IMG/VR virus record: IMGVR_UViG_3300030450_001823
Location: 1 to 64,000 of that record
Direction: 5' to 3' (one strand)
DNA length: 64,000 nucleotides
From: a virus
Below are positions 17,447 through 27,157 of this stretch, piece after piece (within the stretch, counting starts at the first letter, position 1; every line of letters starts with the position of its first letter). Under the pieces are notes generated by a model. That model did no database searches. It was not told where the DNA came from and was given only the letters and a program-made list of their open reading frames with translations. The position numbers and the translations under genes are program-made.

Positions 17447-18967
17447 ATGAGACAAGGAGACATATATATGGATGACATAGTAGTAATAGGAAAAGTAACG
17501 AGCAGTAGTGCTAGTACTGTGGAGATGGAGTACCCATCTACACACGGTGTAACTAGCGTAATAGTACCAAGAACTTGCGTAGCACGCCTTGACAAGATAA
17601 GCAACGGGCGAATAGCAGTACTGGTACGGACAGACGAAAGTGAACTTGGTGAAAAACTTAGTAATACACTTATGCACAACGCACCTCTGCACATAACAGA
17701 AGAACAAATAGGAATAGTGAATGCAATGGAAAACAATGAAAAATTACCAATAGACGAGCAAGATGAATTAGATGACGAAGTACCCATGTGGGTTAGTGCA
17801 GATGCACCTTCGATTACAGTAGATGGCGTGACCGTCAATGAAGCCGCAGGTCCATTCGACGGTATGTTGTATGCAGGTGGTCGTAAGGAAAAGGCAAGTA
17901 TAGACTGGGACTTTGACCCAGTGCGTAAGCCAGCCTTCGTGATGCACTCTGACTCAGATGACGGTAGGCAAGCGACTATAGCGAGAGTTAACAATGAAAA
18001 GGGTGAGCCTACTGCTTATCATATATTCAACCCACTTTACAAAAGTGAGAAAAGACCTATGGGCGCACACCTCGGTACCTTTAGTGCTGCTTATTATCCG
18101 ATGCCTTATCGTAAGGGATTCGGACCTGTACTTGACTTAGCCGCAAAGAATGGATGGCCCGCTCAAGTATTAGCATGGAACGAGGGCAAAGCAGCCGCTT
18201 GTTTCTGCGATGTCAGTAATAGTGTAGATTGGGAAGAGGCAGGTAGAAGCCTTGGGGAGAAATGGCAAAGGCGAGGTTTCAGAAACAACGGTGAATACCG
18301 AGTAGGTATCACCATCATGAATAGTTTAGACGGCTCATCTGCATTTAAGGTACAGGCCGTAGCCGAGCGACTAGTGTGTACGAACGGGCAAGTCATGGGA
18401 GACCGTGCTACCTTAGTTAACCTCAAACACACTAATGGCGTACTCGGTCAATATGACTTTGAAGGACTGGGTGATAAGATAAACGAAGTTATGGAAATGG
18501 CTGCAAAGGAAATCATTGTGGCAGAAACCATGAAAGATGTCGGAGTTAACAGAAATACATTTGAGAAACTAATGACGATTTGCGAGCGTGCAGGGTTGAT
18601 TACAAAGCCTACACTTAAGCGCAACGACGCTGGCGAAGTCACTTCAATTACTCGTGGTCACATGTGGAGACTCATGGGACAGGGCTGGACTCAGCCTAGC
18701 GAACCTTGGGTAGCAGTCAACAGAGAAGACGCTGGTTCTCTTTACCATGTCTACAATGTCTTGACCGGTGCAATCACACACAAGCCTGAGTGGACTGACG
18801 GTACTGTATCACCAATCAAAGGTTCCGTACTCAACTTCAACACTTTCACTGACCGCTTGCAAAAGGTGCATAAGATACTCGGAGACATTACAACCAAGTC
18901 GGTCGACGGCGTATCTATCGAAGACCAACTAGAGAAAGTACCTCTGTTTTCAGAGGTGCTTCATTGA
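17447..18967 (+). CDS. DUF932/DUF945-like protein with N-terminal extension
   Basis: MNSLDGSSAFKVQAVAERLVCTNGQ...LKHT signature; probable start 17468. Confidence 0.75.
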   Translation: MRQGDIYMDDIVVIGKVTSSSASTVEMEYPSTHGVTSVIVPRTCVARLDKISNGRIAVLVRTDESELGEKLSNTLMHNAPLHITEEQIGIVNAMENNEKLPIDEQDELDDEVPMWVSADAPSITVDGVTVNEAAGPFDGMLYAGGRKEKASIDWDFDPVRKPAFVMHSDSDDGRQATIARVNNEKGEPTAYHIFNPLYKSEKRPMGAHLGTFSAAYYPMPYRKGFGPVLDLAAKNGWPAQVLAWNEGKAAACFCDVSNSVDWEEAGRSLGEKWQRRGFRNNGEYRVGITIMNSLDGSSAFKVQAVAERLVCTNGQVMGDRATLVNLKHTNGVLGQYDFEGLGDKINEVMEMAAKEIIVAETMKDVGVNRNTFEKLMTICERAGLITKPTLKRNDAGEVTSITRGHMWRLMGQGWTQPSEPWVAVNREDAGSLYHVYNVLTGAITHKPEWTDGTVSPIKGSVLNFNTFTDRLQKVHKILGDITTKSVDGVSIEDQLEKVPLFSEVLH

Positions 18968-19299
18968 GCAGAGATTTTACAGGAGAGTGGATGAAGCCGG
19001 AGGACATTGACAGCGAAGGTAATTGGTTGCGTAAAGGAGAGCGCATACCTTTGCTCGGCTCCACTATACCTGTACCTGAGCATGTGAGGAAAGAGAGCGG
19101 GGGAGATGAGTACCAAGAGGTAATCATGATAACCCCTGCTAACAATCACTTTGATAAGTGCCCCCAATGTCACGAGACATTACCGGAGAGCACTGTCGTG
19201 CTCGTGACTAACTATGCCATGTTGATGGCTACGAAATGTTGCGATTGGATGCTTTGGATGAAAAATGAGAGGGAGAACTATGGAAACGAATACGCCTGA
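18964..19299 (+). CDS. Zn-binding hypothetical protein
   Basis: CPQC...KCC. Confidence 0.55.
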   Translation: MSRDFTGEWMKPEDIDSEGNWLRKGERIPLLGSTIPVPEHVRKESGGDEYQEVIMITPANNHFDKCPQCHETLPESTVVLVTNYAMLMATKCCDWMLWMKNERENYGNEYA

Positions 19300-19981
19300 A
19301 AATGTAGCACAAGATATACTGAACAAACTGAGGATGAATGCCTTATGGGAGCCAGCGGGCTTAGGCTTATCCTACATGAAAGTAGGAGAAAGTCAACTCA
19401 AACTAATAGAGCAACACAACACACCTATTGCTGCACAAGCAAAGGTAAGGATGCAGCACTTACTAGACGGTATAGGCTGGGATATAGACGACAGCGAAGT
19501 GAGTATAATTGATGTACAGAACCTAACACCACAGCAGCAGCATATGAAGGAGATGCAACTACGAGTCGAGGCTGCTCAGAAGTGGCCTTGCCCTGAGTGC
19601 GAAACACCTCTGTCTGCATTTCCCTTGGAAAAGGGACTATGGAACTTTGACGGGCATCAAGATATGATGCTACCTGATGGTGAAGTTGAAAAAGATGTAG
19701 AGCAGTGGAGCGTTATTATACAGTGCCCGGTATGTGATACACAAGTACCGATGGAACCTTACGACTATACCCTACTAGCAGGTGATGACTTACTCATGTC
19801 CTACAGAAGCGGTAATGTCAATTACACGGCACTGAGCCGTTTGCAGATTATAGAAATGGTGGATGCTGGACTCGGCAATGTGTTAGTACTAGGTACATTT
19901 TGCCCTACGACTGGCCTTTTGTTACCACCGCATGTAAGAGGGTCAGTAGTTATCTACGCACCTGTAGGAGAGGAGGAATAA
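19265..19981 (+). CDS. Zn-ribbon-containing hypothetical protein
   Basis: CPEC...CPVC. Confidence 0.7.
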   Translation: MRGRTMETNTPENVAQDILNKLRMNALWEPAGLGLSYMKVGESQLKLIEQHNTPIAAQAKVRMQHLLDGIGWDIDDSEVSIIDVQNLTPQQQHMKEMQLRVEAAQKWPCPECETPLSAFPLEKGLWNFDGHQDMMLPDGEVEKDVEQWSVIIQCPVCDTQVPMEPYDYTLLAGDDLLMSYRSGNVNYTALSRLQIIEMVDAGLGNVLVLGTFCPTTGLLLPPHVRGSVVIYAPVGEEE

Positions 19982-19983
19982 AT

Positions 19984-20325
19984 ATGAGAAAAAGAACAGA
20001 ACAAGAGATATTAAGATTAGTGCTTGAATATGAAGTGGAACGAATGAACGGTGACGGCGGTGACAAAACTATGTCTTTATACGACATCATAGTTAGTTAT
20101 AGCCTTGAAGGTGATGAACAGCCCAAACATGTGTGCCAATATGGAAACCATTGGTATTATGATTACAAGGATGCTAGTATAACAGAAGAAGAGTTTTATG
20201 AAGAACTATACGCACCCGTAGAAAACCTAGTTCGTGAAAGAAATGGAAACCGACAGACAAGGCTTTTCAGAATAACTGACCGACTGATGGAGAAGCGAAA
20301 ACAACTGAGGGAAACAGATGTCTGA
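19984..20325 (+). CDS. Hypothetical protein
   Basis: Start at ATG in GAGGAGGAATAAATATG junction (track start 19900). Confidence 0.6.
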   Translation: MRKRTEQEILRLVLEYEVERMNGDGGDKTMSLYDIIVSYSLEGDEQPKHVCQYGNHWYYDYKDASITEEEFYEELYAPVENLVRERNGNRQTRLFRITDRLMEKRKQLRETDV

Positions 20326-20563
20326 AAAATTAAACGAGATAGTAGAACACTGTGGTTACGGTAGTGCGTTTGCACTATTGCGTGACAACATGACACCCGA
20401 TGATTTGCTCGACTTGCTAGAGAGTTACATACATAATTATCCAACAGAAATTGAAGATGATGTAGAAGAGATTGCCACTGACAAGTACGAGTGGTTCGAC
20501 CACGAAAGAGCCAAAGCAGATGCAGAAGAAGAAGCGTACCAAAGATACAGGGATGGGGATTAA
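20318..20563 (+). CDS. Acidic hypothetical protein
   Basis: 81-aa ORF. Confidence 0.6.
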   Translation: MSEKLNEIVEHCGYGSAFALLRDNMTPDDLLDLLESYIHNYPTEIEDDVEEIATDKYEWFDHERAKADAEEEAYQRYRDGD

Positions 20564-20746
20564 GTTGTCAAATGTAGAGTGGGCTTATGGTGAGAAAAAA
20601 ATTACTCCCAAGGTAATTCACATCAGGAGAGGGGATAAGATACTGTGCGGATACGACAACGAAGGTATCAGTTGGCCTAACACTAAGATGAGCAACGAGT
20701 TTGCTGACACATTACCGACATGCCCTGAGTGTTTGGAGGCTAGGAC

Positions 20747-20944
20747 ATGAGTGAAGAGGTCAAGGCCAAAGAGTGCAAGAGATGCGGCGCTATCGAACTT
20801 TCTATAGAGGATACGGTACGAAAAAATATAGGCAGTATATTCTTTGACGAGGTACAATACCCAGCAGATGAAATATGCAAGGATTGCTCTTCTTATCTAA
20901 TTAAGCAGTTGACTGAAAGGGCTTGGAAAAAAAGGTACGATTAA
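20747..20944 (+). CDS. Zn-finger microprotein
   Basis: CKRC...CKDC. Confidence 0.55.
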   Translation: MSEEVKAKECKRCGAIELSIEDTVRKNIGSIFFDEVQYPADEICKDCSSYLIKQLTERAWKKRYD

Positions 20945-21084
20945 GTACAGAGGGGATTAGTTATGGCTAGATTCACAGTGAGATATTGTATAGTACGCAA
21001 GTGTGATAATTACACATTGGCAGGGTTTAGGAAATGCCCCCAGTGCATGGGAGGCATGACTCCTGACAAGCGTGGTGAAGAAGA

Positions 21085-21354
21085 GTGAGAGGCTTTGAAC
21101 AAACTATCAAGTGGCGTGTCCCTGCTACCTCTGCCAAGTGGCGAGGTAAAGCAGAAGTCGTCATGAGCGTAGCCGACCCGAAGGGAGACTACCCTGCAAC
21201 TATAGACATCAGAATCAGAAGAACAGAAGAGCATCCTAGCGGAGCAGGTTTCACAAGAGAGGGTGTGAGACTAAGTCAAGAGGATGCTTCGTCGCTATGC
21301 AAAGCAATTCAACATGCCCTCTCAGAACTGAGGGAAACGGATGAGTCCAAATGA
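21085..21354 (+). CDS. PC4/YdbC-like ssDNA-binding protein
   Basis: IDIRIR...FTREGVRLSQEDASSL matches PC4-fold pattern. Confidence 0.65.
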   Translation: MRGFEQTIKWRVPATSAKWRGKAEVVMSVADPKGDYPATIDIRIRRTEEHPSGAGFTREGVRLSQEDASSLCKAIQHALSELRETDESK

Positions 21355-21583
21355 ACTCTCACGGATTTTACAAATGGTAGACCACTACGGTATACCTCTT
21401 AGTCGTGCGAAGCGATTCGCCAAGTATAATGATTGGAAAAAGAGAGCAGGTGTGTGGCAAAGAACACATGACCCTGTTAAACCGACCAGTATATACTCGT
21501 CAAAGATGCCTAAGAAAAAATACTCGTCAAAGATGCCTTTGCAGACCTTGGTGCGGTTAATTTGGTTTGGTGAAGAGGAATAA
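21341..21583 (+). CDS. Small basic hypothetical protein
   Basis: 80 aa with internal YSSKMP duplication. Confidence 0.5.
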   Translation: MSPNELSRILQMVDHYGIPLSRAKRFAKYNDWKKRAGVWQRTHDPVKPTSIYSSKMPKKKYSSKMPLQTLVRLIWFGEEE

Positions 21584-21585
21584 TC

Positions 21586-23046
21586 ATGTTACTAGCAGAA
21601 GCGGCTGACATCTCTGAAAATCTCAGGCGGCTGTATCGCAAGATGCTGACCGACCGTGAGAATCGCTCGATGTATTTTTCACAGGCACTCACTGTTATTC
21701 AACAGGCTACAAGGGATGTAGGAGATGAGATGGAGTCGCTGATAGATATTTTCTATCCTAAGTATTCCCGATACCAAAGGCAGTTCACTACTATACATTG
21801 GGTCAGAGGAGACCTATGTAAAAAATTATCAATATCCCCATTGGTGTGGGATGAGTCACTGGCAGGTAAGCCTATCATTCCTCTACTATCGTTAGAGTCA
21901 CCTGAGTATGGGGGTGAAGGGATGACAGTCAAACAAGCCCTTACTCTCATGCCTCGCATACAAGACCTAGGGTTCCTAGCGGTTGCCAACAAAATGAATG
22001 AGAAAGAGGCGTTGTTATTTTGGTCAAGGGCACTTGATGAAAGTCCGATGATGCCTGTTGATAGATTCCTCCAAATGGTATCTTACCTAGGAGACGGACA
22101 CTCTCAGAGTCTAACGGCCATCAGAAGGATGCTTGAGACTATGAGTCCAGCAGAAGTGCTAAACAAACTATTCGCAGAGGAAAAGGTAGACCTCGATATA
22201 AGGACCATGCAACCCGGAATCGCTTTCAAGGGTCCTATCTATAGAGCGTGGAATAAACTGGTGACGCCTACAGAAGTATACGCCGAGGTTGTATCAAAGC
22301 CAAGGAGATACCTGCACATAACTGAGTTTCCAATCGGAGTGTTTAAGGGTGTCTTGTACAATAGAGACCGTCAGGTTGTGGGAAAGTTGTCAGAGTCAGT
22401 ATTACCTTACAAGCAAGAGGCTATCTTTGAAGTAGAGGCAGACATAACTAATGTCAAATGTATAACCGATGTCTTGTCAATAGGTGATGATTGGAATATA
22501 CATAAGTTAGATTATGTCGACCGTATTTCCTACCTAAATAGATTAGAATTAAAGTGCCCTGTTAAAACTGGCAAGCCCTTGTCAGCCTCTACAGATTTGA
22601 GCCATTTGCTTGAGTCCCTTGGAGAGCAAGAGCGATTGAGATTAACCAACAAGGGTGCGTTTAAGATAGGAGGAGAAGGCGGCTGGCTGATACTCAAAGA
22701 CGCATTCCATATCCATTTACTAGTGAGTGCTATTAGAAAGGATGAGGAGTTCAATACGCATGTAAGGCTCGCTGCTATGGATGGCTACGAGATGTATGAA
22801 GTAGGTGAGATGGAGATACCTGTAGGGCCAGCGCAGCAGATGAGGCAGCGGCTCGCTAGAGACGGAGTACTGGCAGGTACTGGCTGGCTACCTGTAGACG
22901 AATACGCTATGGTGGTGCTGTTAGAAATAAGCGCCTTTGACTTAGATTCACTTACGCTCAAGCAAGGTAAATTAGAATACCTAGATGAGAGCATGGGCTA
23001 CAGTGATGTTTCCCAATTGACTGATTTGATAGAAACGATAGACTGA
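21586..23046 (+). CDS. Highly divergent ATP-dependent DNA ligase-like protein, KxDG motif not evident
   Basis: Ligase-like order of elements (helical N-domain; AEVVSKPRRYLH; LYNR; IFEVE; ITDVL...DRISYL; WLILK; OB-like C-terminus). Confidence 0.5.
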   Translation: MLLAEAADISENLRRLYRKMLTDRENRSMYFSQALTVIQQATRDVGDEMESLIDIFYPKYSRYQRQFTTIHWVRGDLCKKLSISPLVWDESLAGKPIIPLLSLESPEYGGEGMTVKQALTLMPRIQDLGFLAVANKMNEKEALLFWSRALDESPMMPVDRFLQMVSYLGDGHSQSLTAIRRMLETMSPAEVLNKLFAEEKVDLDIRTMQPGIAFKGPIYRAWNKLVTPTEVYAEVVSKPRRYLHITEFPIGVFKGVLYNRDRQVVGKLSESVLPYKQEAIFEVEADITNVKCITDVLSIGDDWNIHKLDYVDRISYLNRLELKCPVKTGKPLSASTDLSHLLESLGEQERLRLTNKGAFKIGGEGGWLILKDAFHIHLLVSAIRKDEEFNTHVRLAAMDGYEMYEVGEMEIPVGPAQQMRQRLARDGVLAGTGWLPVDEYAMVVLLEISAFDLDSLTLKQGKLEYLDESMGYSDVSQLTDLIETID

Positions 23047-23073
23047 GAAGTTCCGGTTATAAATAAACAAGAA
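23041..23073 (+). promoter_or_regulatory. Conserved early promoter motif, copy 7
   Basis: GACTGAGAAGTTCCGGTTATAAATAAACAAGAA, heads replication operon. Confidence 0.8.
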
Positions 23074-23084
23074 AGGATAGTGAA

Positions 23085-24017
23085 GTGATGAATTGGAGAG
23101 AGAAGTACCGACCTACTACCCTGAGTGAGTTAGTAGGCCATAGTGACTTTGTAGCATCTGCTACTAACTGGGCACTAGAGTCCTGTCCTCCTAACCTACT
23201 GATTGTGGGTCCACCGGGTGTCGGTAAAAGCAGTGCGGTATATGCATTAGCAAAGGATATACTGGGAGAGTTCTTCGACCCAATGAACTTCATCGTAACC
23301 AATGCAAGTGACGATAGAGGCATTGATTACATTAGGCAACTCAAGCGGATAAGTAAGAAGAAAGGACTTGGCGTTAGTCGCATAATTATATTTTTAGACG
23401 AGGCAGACAACCTCACATCAGCAGCACAGAAGGCTCTTCGCCAAATCATGGAAGAGAGTCACGAGTCTGCTATATTCATACTTACAGCAAATGACATCAG
23501 CCCTATACACGCTGCGATTAGGGATAGGTGCTTGACATACGAGTTCAAGCCTATACACCATGCCGACACAGGTAGACTGGGTACTATCATCAATGCGGAG
23601 GGCAGACCCGCAGAATGGAACAATCATCTATCTATGCTTTTACAGAACTGTAACGGTAGTCTTAGAAAAGCAATTGATGTAATCGAGAGTATACGCAATG
23701 AACCGGATGCACTTGTAAATTACCTCAAGCGAGACACTAACTCACTTAACAAAGCGGCCCTAAATCTAATGGGTTCTGATTTCCCGCAGGTTACCGCCCT
23801 GCTCGTCAATTCGATGGAAAGCGGTTACAGTCGTCTAGGTGTGCTCAAGGGCCTTAGACAGCGTGCCAAGCCTCTCATGGAGAGTGAGAGTGACTGGCAC
23901 ACATTCATGCTCACATATGGCGAGTTCGTCATGCTGGCTACACAGTGGCCGGATGATGACTTGGCGTTTGTTGAGTATTTTGTAGCAAAACTAAAGAGAA
24001 ATATGGAGGAGAAATAG
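23085..24017 (+). CDS. rfcS: Replication factor C small subunit (clamp loader)
   Basis: WREKYRP, GPPGVGKS, NASDDRGID, LDEAD, AQKALR, DRC. Confidence 0.93.
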   Translation: MMNWREKYRPTTLSELVGHSDFVASATNWALESCPPNLLIVGPPGVGKSSAVYALAKDILGEFFDPMNFIVTNASDDRGIDYIRQLKRISKKKGLGVSRIIIFLDEADNLTSAAQKALRQIMEESHESAIFILTANDISPIHAAIRDRCLTYEFKPIHHADTGRLGTIINAEGRPAEWNNHLSMLLQNCNGSLRKAIDVIESIRNEPDALVNYLKRDTNSLNKAALNLMGSDFPQVTALLVNSMESGYSRLGVLKGLRQRAKPLMESESDWHTFMLTYGEFVMLATQWPDDDLAFVEYFVAKLKRNMEEK

Positions 24018-24019
24018 AT

Positions 24020-25312
24020 ATGACAGAAGATAAAAAATGGCCTGACGCTTCGATAGAGCGCTTACAGGCATATGCAGATAGAACAGGAGTAAAGGTAGGA
24101 GAGGCCGTCAATGAGTTCAAGAAGTGGCTCAAGGCGGAGTTTTCTGTAGACAATCCGTTGGATGAAGACGAATACCTATTGGTAGAATGGACTGAAATGT
24201 TCGTAATTGAAACACGAAACTTAGGTGGTAGCGGCGGCAGTAGCCGAGCGACTTCTACTTATGTGGGTCACCTTGTAGGTATAGAAGACACCTCTCGTGA
24301 CATGAGAAAGAGTGCTAGAGAAAATGCACTTAATATGTTCCGTGCTAATAGCGACAGAGCGATTAGTGAGAAATTAATCGGTATAGTTACCGCTAAAGAA
24401 GGCGTATGGCACATCAATGGAGAGGCAACTACAGAGCGAGTCGATGGTAGCAACTTACCTTGGTTCGCTCTTGAAGAAGGGGATACGATTTTATGTCTAC
24501 TCAACACCAATGCTGCGAGTGCAAGTGTAGGTAAGCCTATGGCACCTACTAGTTTCACACGCACTTTGTACTTACTAGGCTCCGAGGAAAAGAGCAACAA
24601 GATTGGCCTTTGGAGAGTTACACTCAATGGTAAGTCAATGGATGCTGAATACAATTACCACGAACCGTGTAAGGTACAAGTCATACCACCTAAAGACATC
24701 ACTAGGGACACGCTGTACACTAACAGGGATTTCCATACAACCATTGAATACACGGATTCATTCGTACCTGACAACCTTCGTCAAGAATTACAGGCACAAA
24801 GATTCTTACTCAACGAGAACATGCACGACGCATCAGTTGACTTGAGCGAACTAGCAGAAGCACACGCTGACCGTAAGATTAAGTTACCTAGCGGGGTTAC
24901 ACTAAACCCTACTATCATTGTGAAAGGGAATGTCAGTCGTTTGAATAAACAAGCGATGGATAGCGAGTATGATGCGACAGGTCGCTCTTACCGTATGAAT
25001 ATCACCAGCCTATCTCTACAATCTCGTAACGGTAGAGACAGCGCTCAATCAGAAGTGACCGTATGGATTCCGGGTCGACTACATGACGAACACCACCCGT
25101 TTGAATACGAACTAGATGGGATAAAGGATAACTGGACTGCTTATGCAGAGAAAACACCGGTGATTGTATTCGGTCGACTTAAGATGCGCCCATACCAAGA
25201 TGATATGTTACCAAGTATCACTGCACTGGGTATCTATGTACCGCCACGCACCGCTCGCCCAGCAGGTGGTAGCGGCAGTACAGACCTCAACCAATTCGGA
25301 GGTGATGAGTGA
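24020..25312 (+). CDS. Probable replication protein, possibly OB-fold RPA-like SSB
   Basis: 430 aa, beta-rich C-half, flexible acidic tail, position between RFC and recombination ATPase; function from context only. Confidence 0.4.
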   Translation: MTEDKKWPDASIERLQAYADRTGVKVGEAVNEFKKWLKAEFSVDNPLDEDEYLLVEWTEMFVIETRNLGGSGGSSRATSTYVGHLVGIEDTSRDMRKSARENALNMFRANSDRAISEKLIGIVTAKEGVWHINGEATTERVDGSNLPWFALEEGDTILCLLNTNAASASVGKPMAPTSFTRTLYLLGSEEKSNKIGLWRVTLNGKSMDAEYNYHEPCKVQVIPPKDITRDTLYTNRDFHTTIEYTDSFVPDNLRQELQAQRFLLNENMHDASVDLSELAEAHADRKIKLPSGVTLNPTIIVKGNVSRLNKQAMDSEYDATGRSYRMNITSLSLQSRNGRDSAQSEVTVWIPGRLHDEHHPFEYELDGIKDNWTAYAEKTPVIVFGRLKMRPYQDDMLPSITALGIYVPPRTARPAGGSGSTDLNQFGGDE

Positions 25313-26319
25313 TGGGAGGCTGGGATGCATTAGCAGCAGCACCTGTTGAAGAGGAGGCTCCGGTAGTTAAAGAGGTGAAAGAAGAGAAGGTGAAAGAAGA
25401 ATCAAAGGCACCAATCACTTCAACTGCCTTTGTCAGCAAGTTTCCTAGCATAGACGAAGAGATGCTTAGTTTGGCAAATCCACCTAAGTTTCCACCGTCT
25501 AACATAATGTGCGGTATAGTAGGTCACGAAGGTGGCGGTAAGACAGGTATAGCGATGGATGGGCACATGCATAGATACACCGATGGCGAACTCATGTATG
25601 TTATCGACTTCGACAACGGAGCAATGGCTTGTCATCAGGCTCACTACAACGGTGACCCTCGTATCCGTATATTCAGACCTTGGGTCATGCAGGTAGAAGA
25701 CCGCACTGCTTACAATTACCTCGCTACATATCAGCGTGTCATGGACTTAGCCAAATACGCTGTAGAATACGCTGAGAAACAACAAGAAGAAGGCTTCGAC
25801 GAACCTATACTCAAGTCATTCTTAGTCACTGGCGTAGACCAATTCGATAGTGTCTGTATCAACAACATGAAGATATACGACTTAGAGATGAATGCAACGG
25901 ATGCTATCGAGGCATCTGCTGCTAAACTTAACTCAGAAATCGGTTGGAACTGGAACATACGCTCTACTAGATTCAAGCAACTGACTGCTATCTGTCAGAA
26001 ACTAAACGCACTTGGTGTAGATGTGTACTGGGAAACCCACCTCAAAGAAGACAAAGAAGGCAAAGTCGGCTTCGATGGTTGGAAGTTCGCATGGGAAAAG
26101 AGTGCTAACAACGATTTGTTTCAGATAATTTGGTGCAAGTCAAAGGTAATTCGTAACAATGACGGCTCTGAAACTGGAGAGGTGCGGCACTACGCTGACT
26201 TCTTCAAACAGAAGACCAATTCTAATCTCAAAGGGCAAGAACGCACTTACTTCGTAACGAAAAAGGGCGAGGATGCTGAATGGTTCGGGCTATCTGAACT
26301 GCGTGATGGGGTACTTTGA
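25309..26319 (+). CDS. P-loop ATPase, RecA/Sak4 (AAA_24)-like
   Basis: GIVGHEGGGKT, YVIDFDNG, VYWETH. Confidence 0.7.
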   Translation: MMGGWDALAAAPVEEEAPVVKEVKEEKVKEESKAPITSTAFVSKFPSIDEEMLSLANPPKFPPSNIMCGIVGHEGGGKTGIAMDGHMHRYTDGELMYVIDFDNGAMACHQAHYNGDPRIRIFRPWVMQVEDRTAYNYLATYQRVMDLAKYAVEYAEKQQEEGFDEPILKSFLVTGVDQFDSVCINNMKIYDLEMNATDAIEASAAKLNSEIGWNWNIRSTRFKQLTAICQKLNALGVDVYWETHLKEDKEGKVGFDGWKFAWEKSANNDLFQIIWCKSKVIRNNDGSETGEVRHYADFFKQKTNSNLKGQERTYFVTKKGEDAEWFGLSELRDGVL

Positions 26320-26390
26320 GATACACATATGGGGTTCTTGATAAGGTAATTGGAGTGCAGCCCTCCCCCGGCCTGTGTATAGGAGATGAT

Positions 26391-27155
26391 ATGATGACTA
26401 ATTTTACTATAAAAACCGATAATTTACAGAACTTTCTAAACAGCCTTGGTAAAGACTTGGCAGATGTTGTTATCAATGTGAATGACAATGGTATATCTGC
26501 GGAGGTTGGCAGGGACACTCATTACATAAAGCGGAGTATGGACTGCGGTGTTACCAAAACCGGCAGTATCAATATCAGCGACCTACCTAAGTGTAAGTCA
26601 TTTCTGAACACATGTAAAAAGGTAGAAGTGTCAGTGACTCAGAACAGTCGCACAGGTACTTTGCACATTAGAACAGATGGGACTTCTTTACAACTCCCGA
26701 CCTCTTCTTACATACAGTCGCAAGATAAGGTCGGCTTAATATCGAAGTTGATAAAGCAGTCTCAGGAAAACATGTGGCAAACATGGCACAGTCAGAAACT
26801 AAACTACCATGCAAAGGTCTCAGGCGATTCCCTCAAACCTGCTACTAACTTTAGTAAGGTACTAGGGGGTAAGTTTGCGTGCAAGACTGAGTTCGACCCA
26901 CAAGGTAAGGAATTGGTGATTAGAGGCGGTACTAAGAGCAAGGGTACTATGTTCGTAAAGGCACCTTTGTTCGACATCGCCTCTCCTTCAATATCTGCTA
27001 AGTCTGCTTTTGATTCTTGGTTACCTGAGTTACTAAACAACCTACCACGAGGCGACTTATACATATACACAGGTGATGAAACAGTATTGGTATTGGAGCA
27101 ACCTGAGACTAATTTCCTAATGGTGGTTATTGACCAAGAATACGAGGAGGACTGA
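26391..27155 (+). CDS. Sliding clamp (PCNA-like), divergent
   Basis: ~254 aa; FTIKTDNLQNFLNSL...DVVINVNDNGISAE resembles PCNA N-terminus; lies between RFC and PolB; ATG 26391 after AGGAGA. Confidence 0.6.
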   Translation: MMTNFTIKTDNLQNFLNSLGKDLADVVINVNDNGISAEVGRDTHYIKRSMDCGVTKTGSINISDLPKCKSFLNTCKKVEVSVTQNSRTGTLHIRTDGTSLQLPTSSYIQSQDKVGLISKLIKQSQENMWQTWHSQKLNYHAKVSGDSLKPATNFSKVLGGKFACKTEFDPQGKELVIRGGTKSKGTMFVKAPLFDIASPSISAKSAFDSWLPELLNNLPRGDLYIYTGDETVLVLEQPETNFLMVVIDQEYEED

Positions 27156-27157
27156 AT

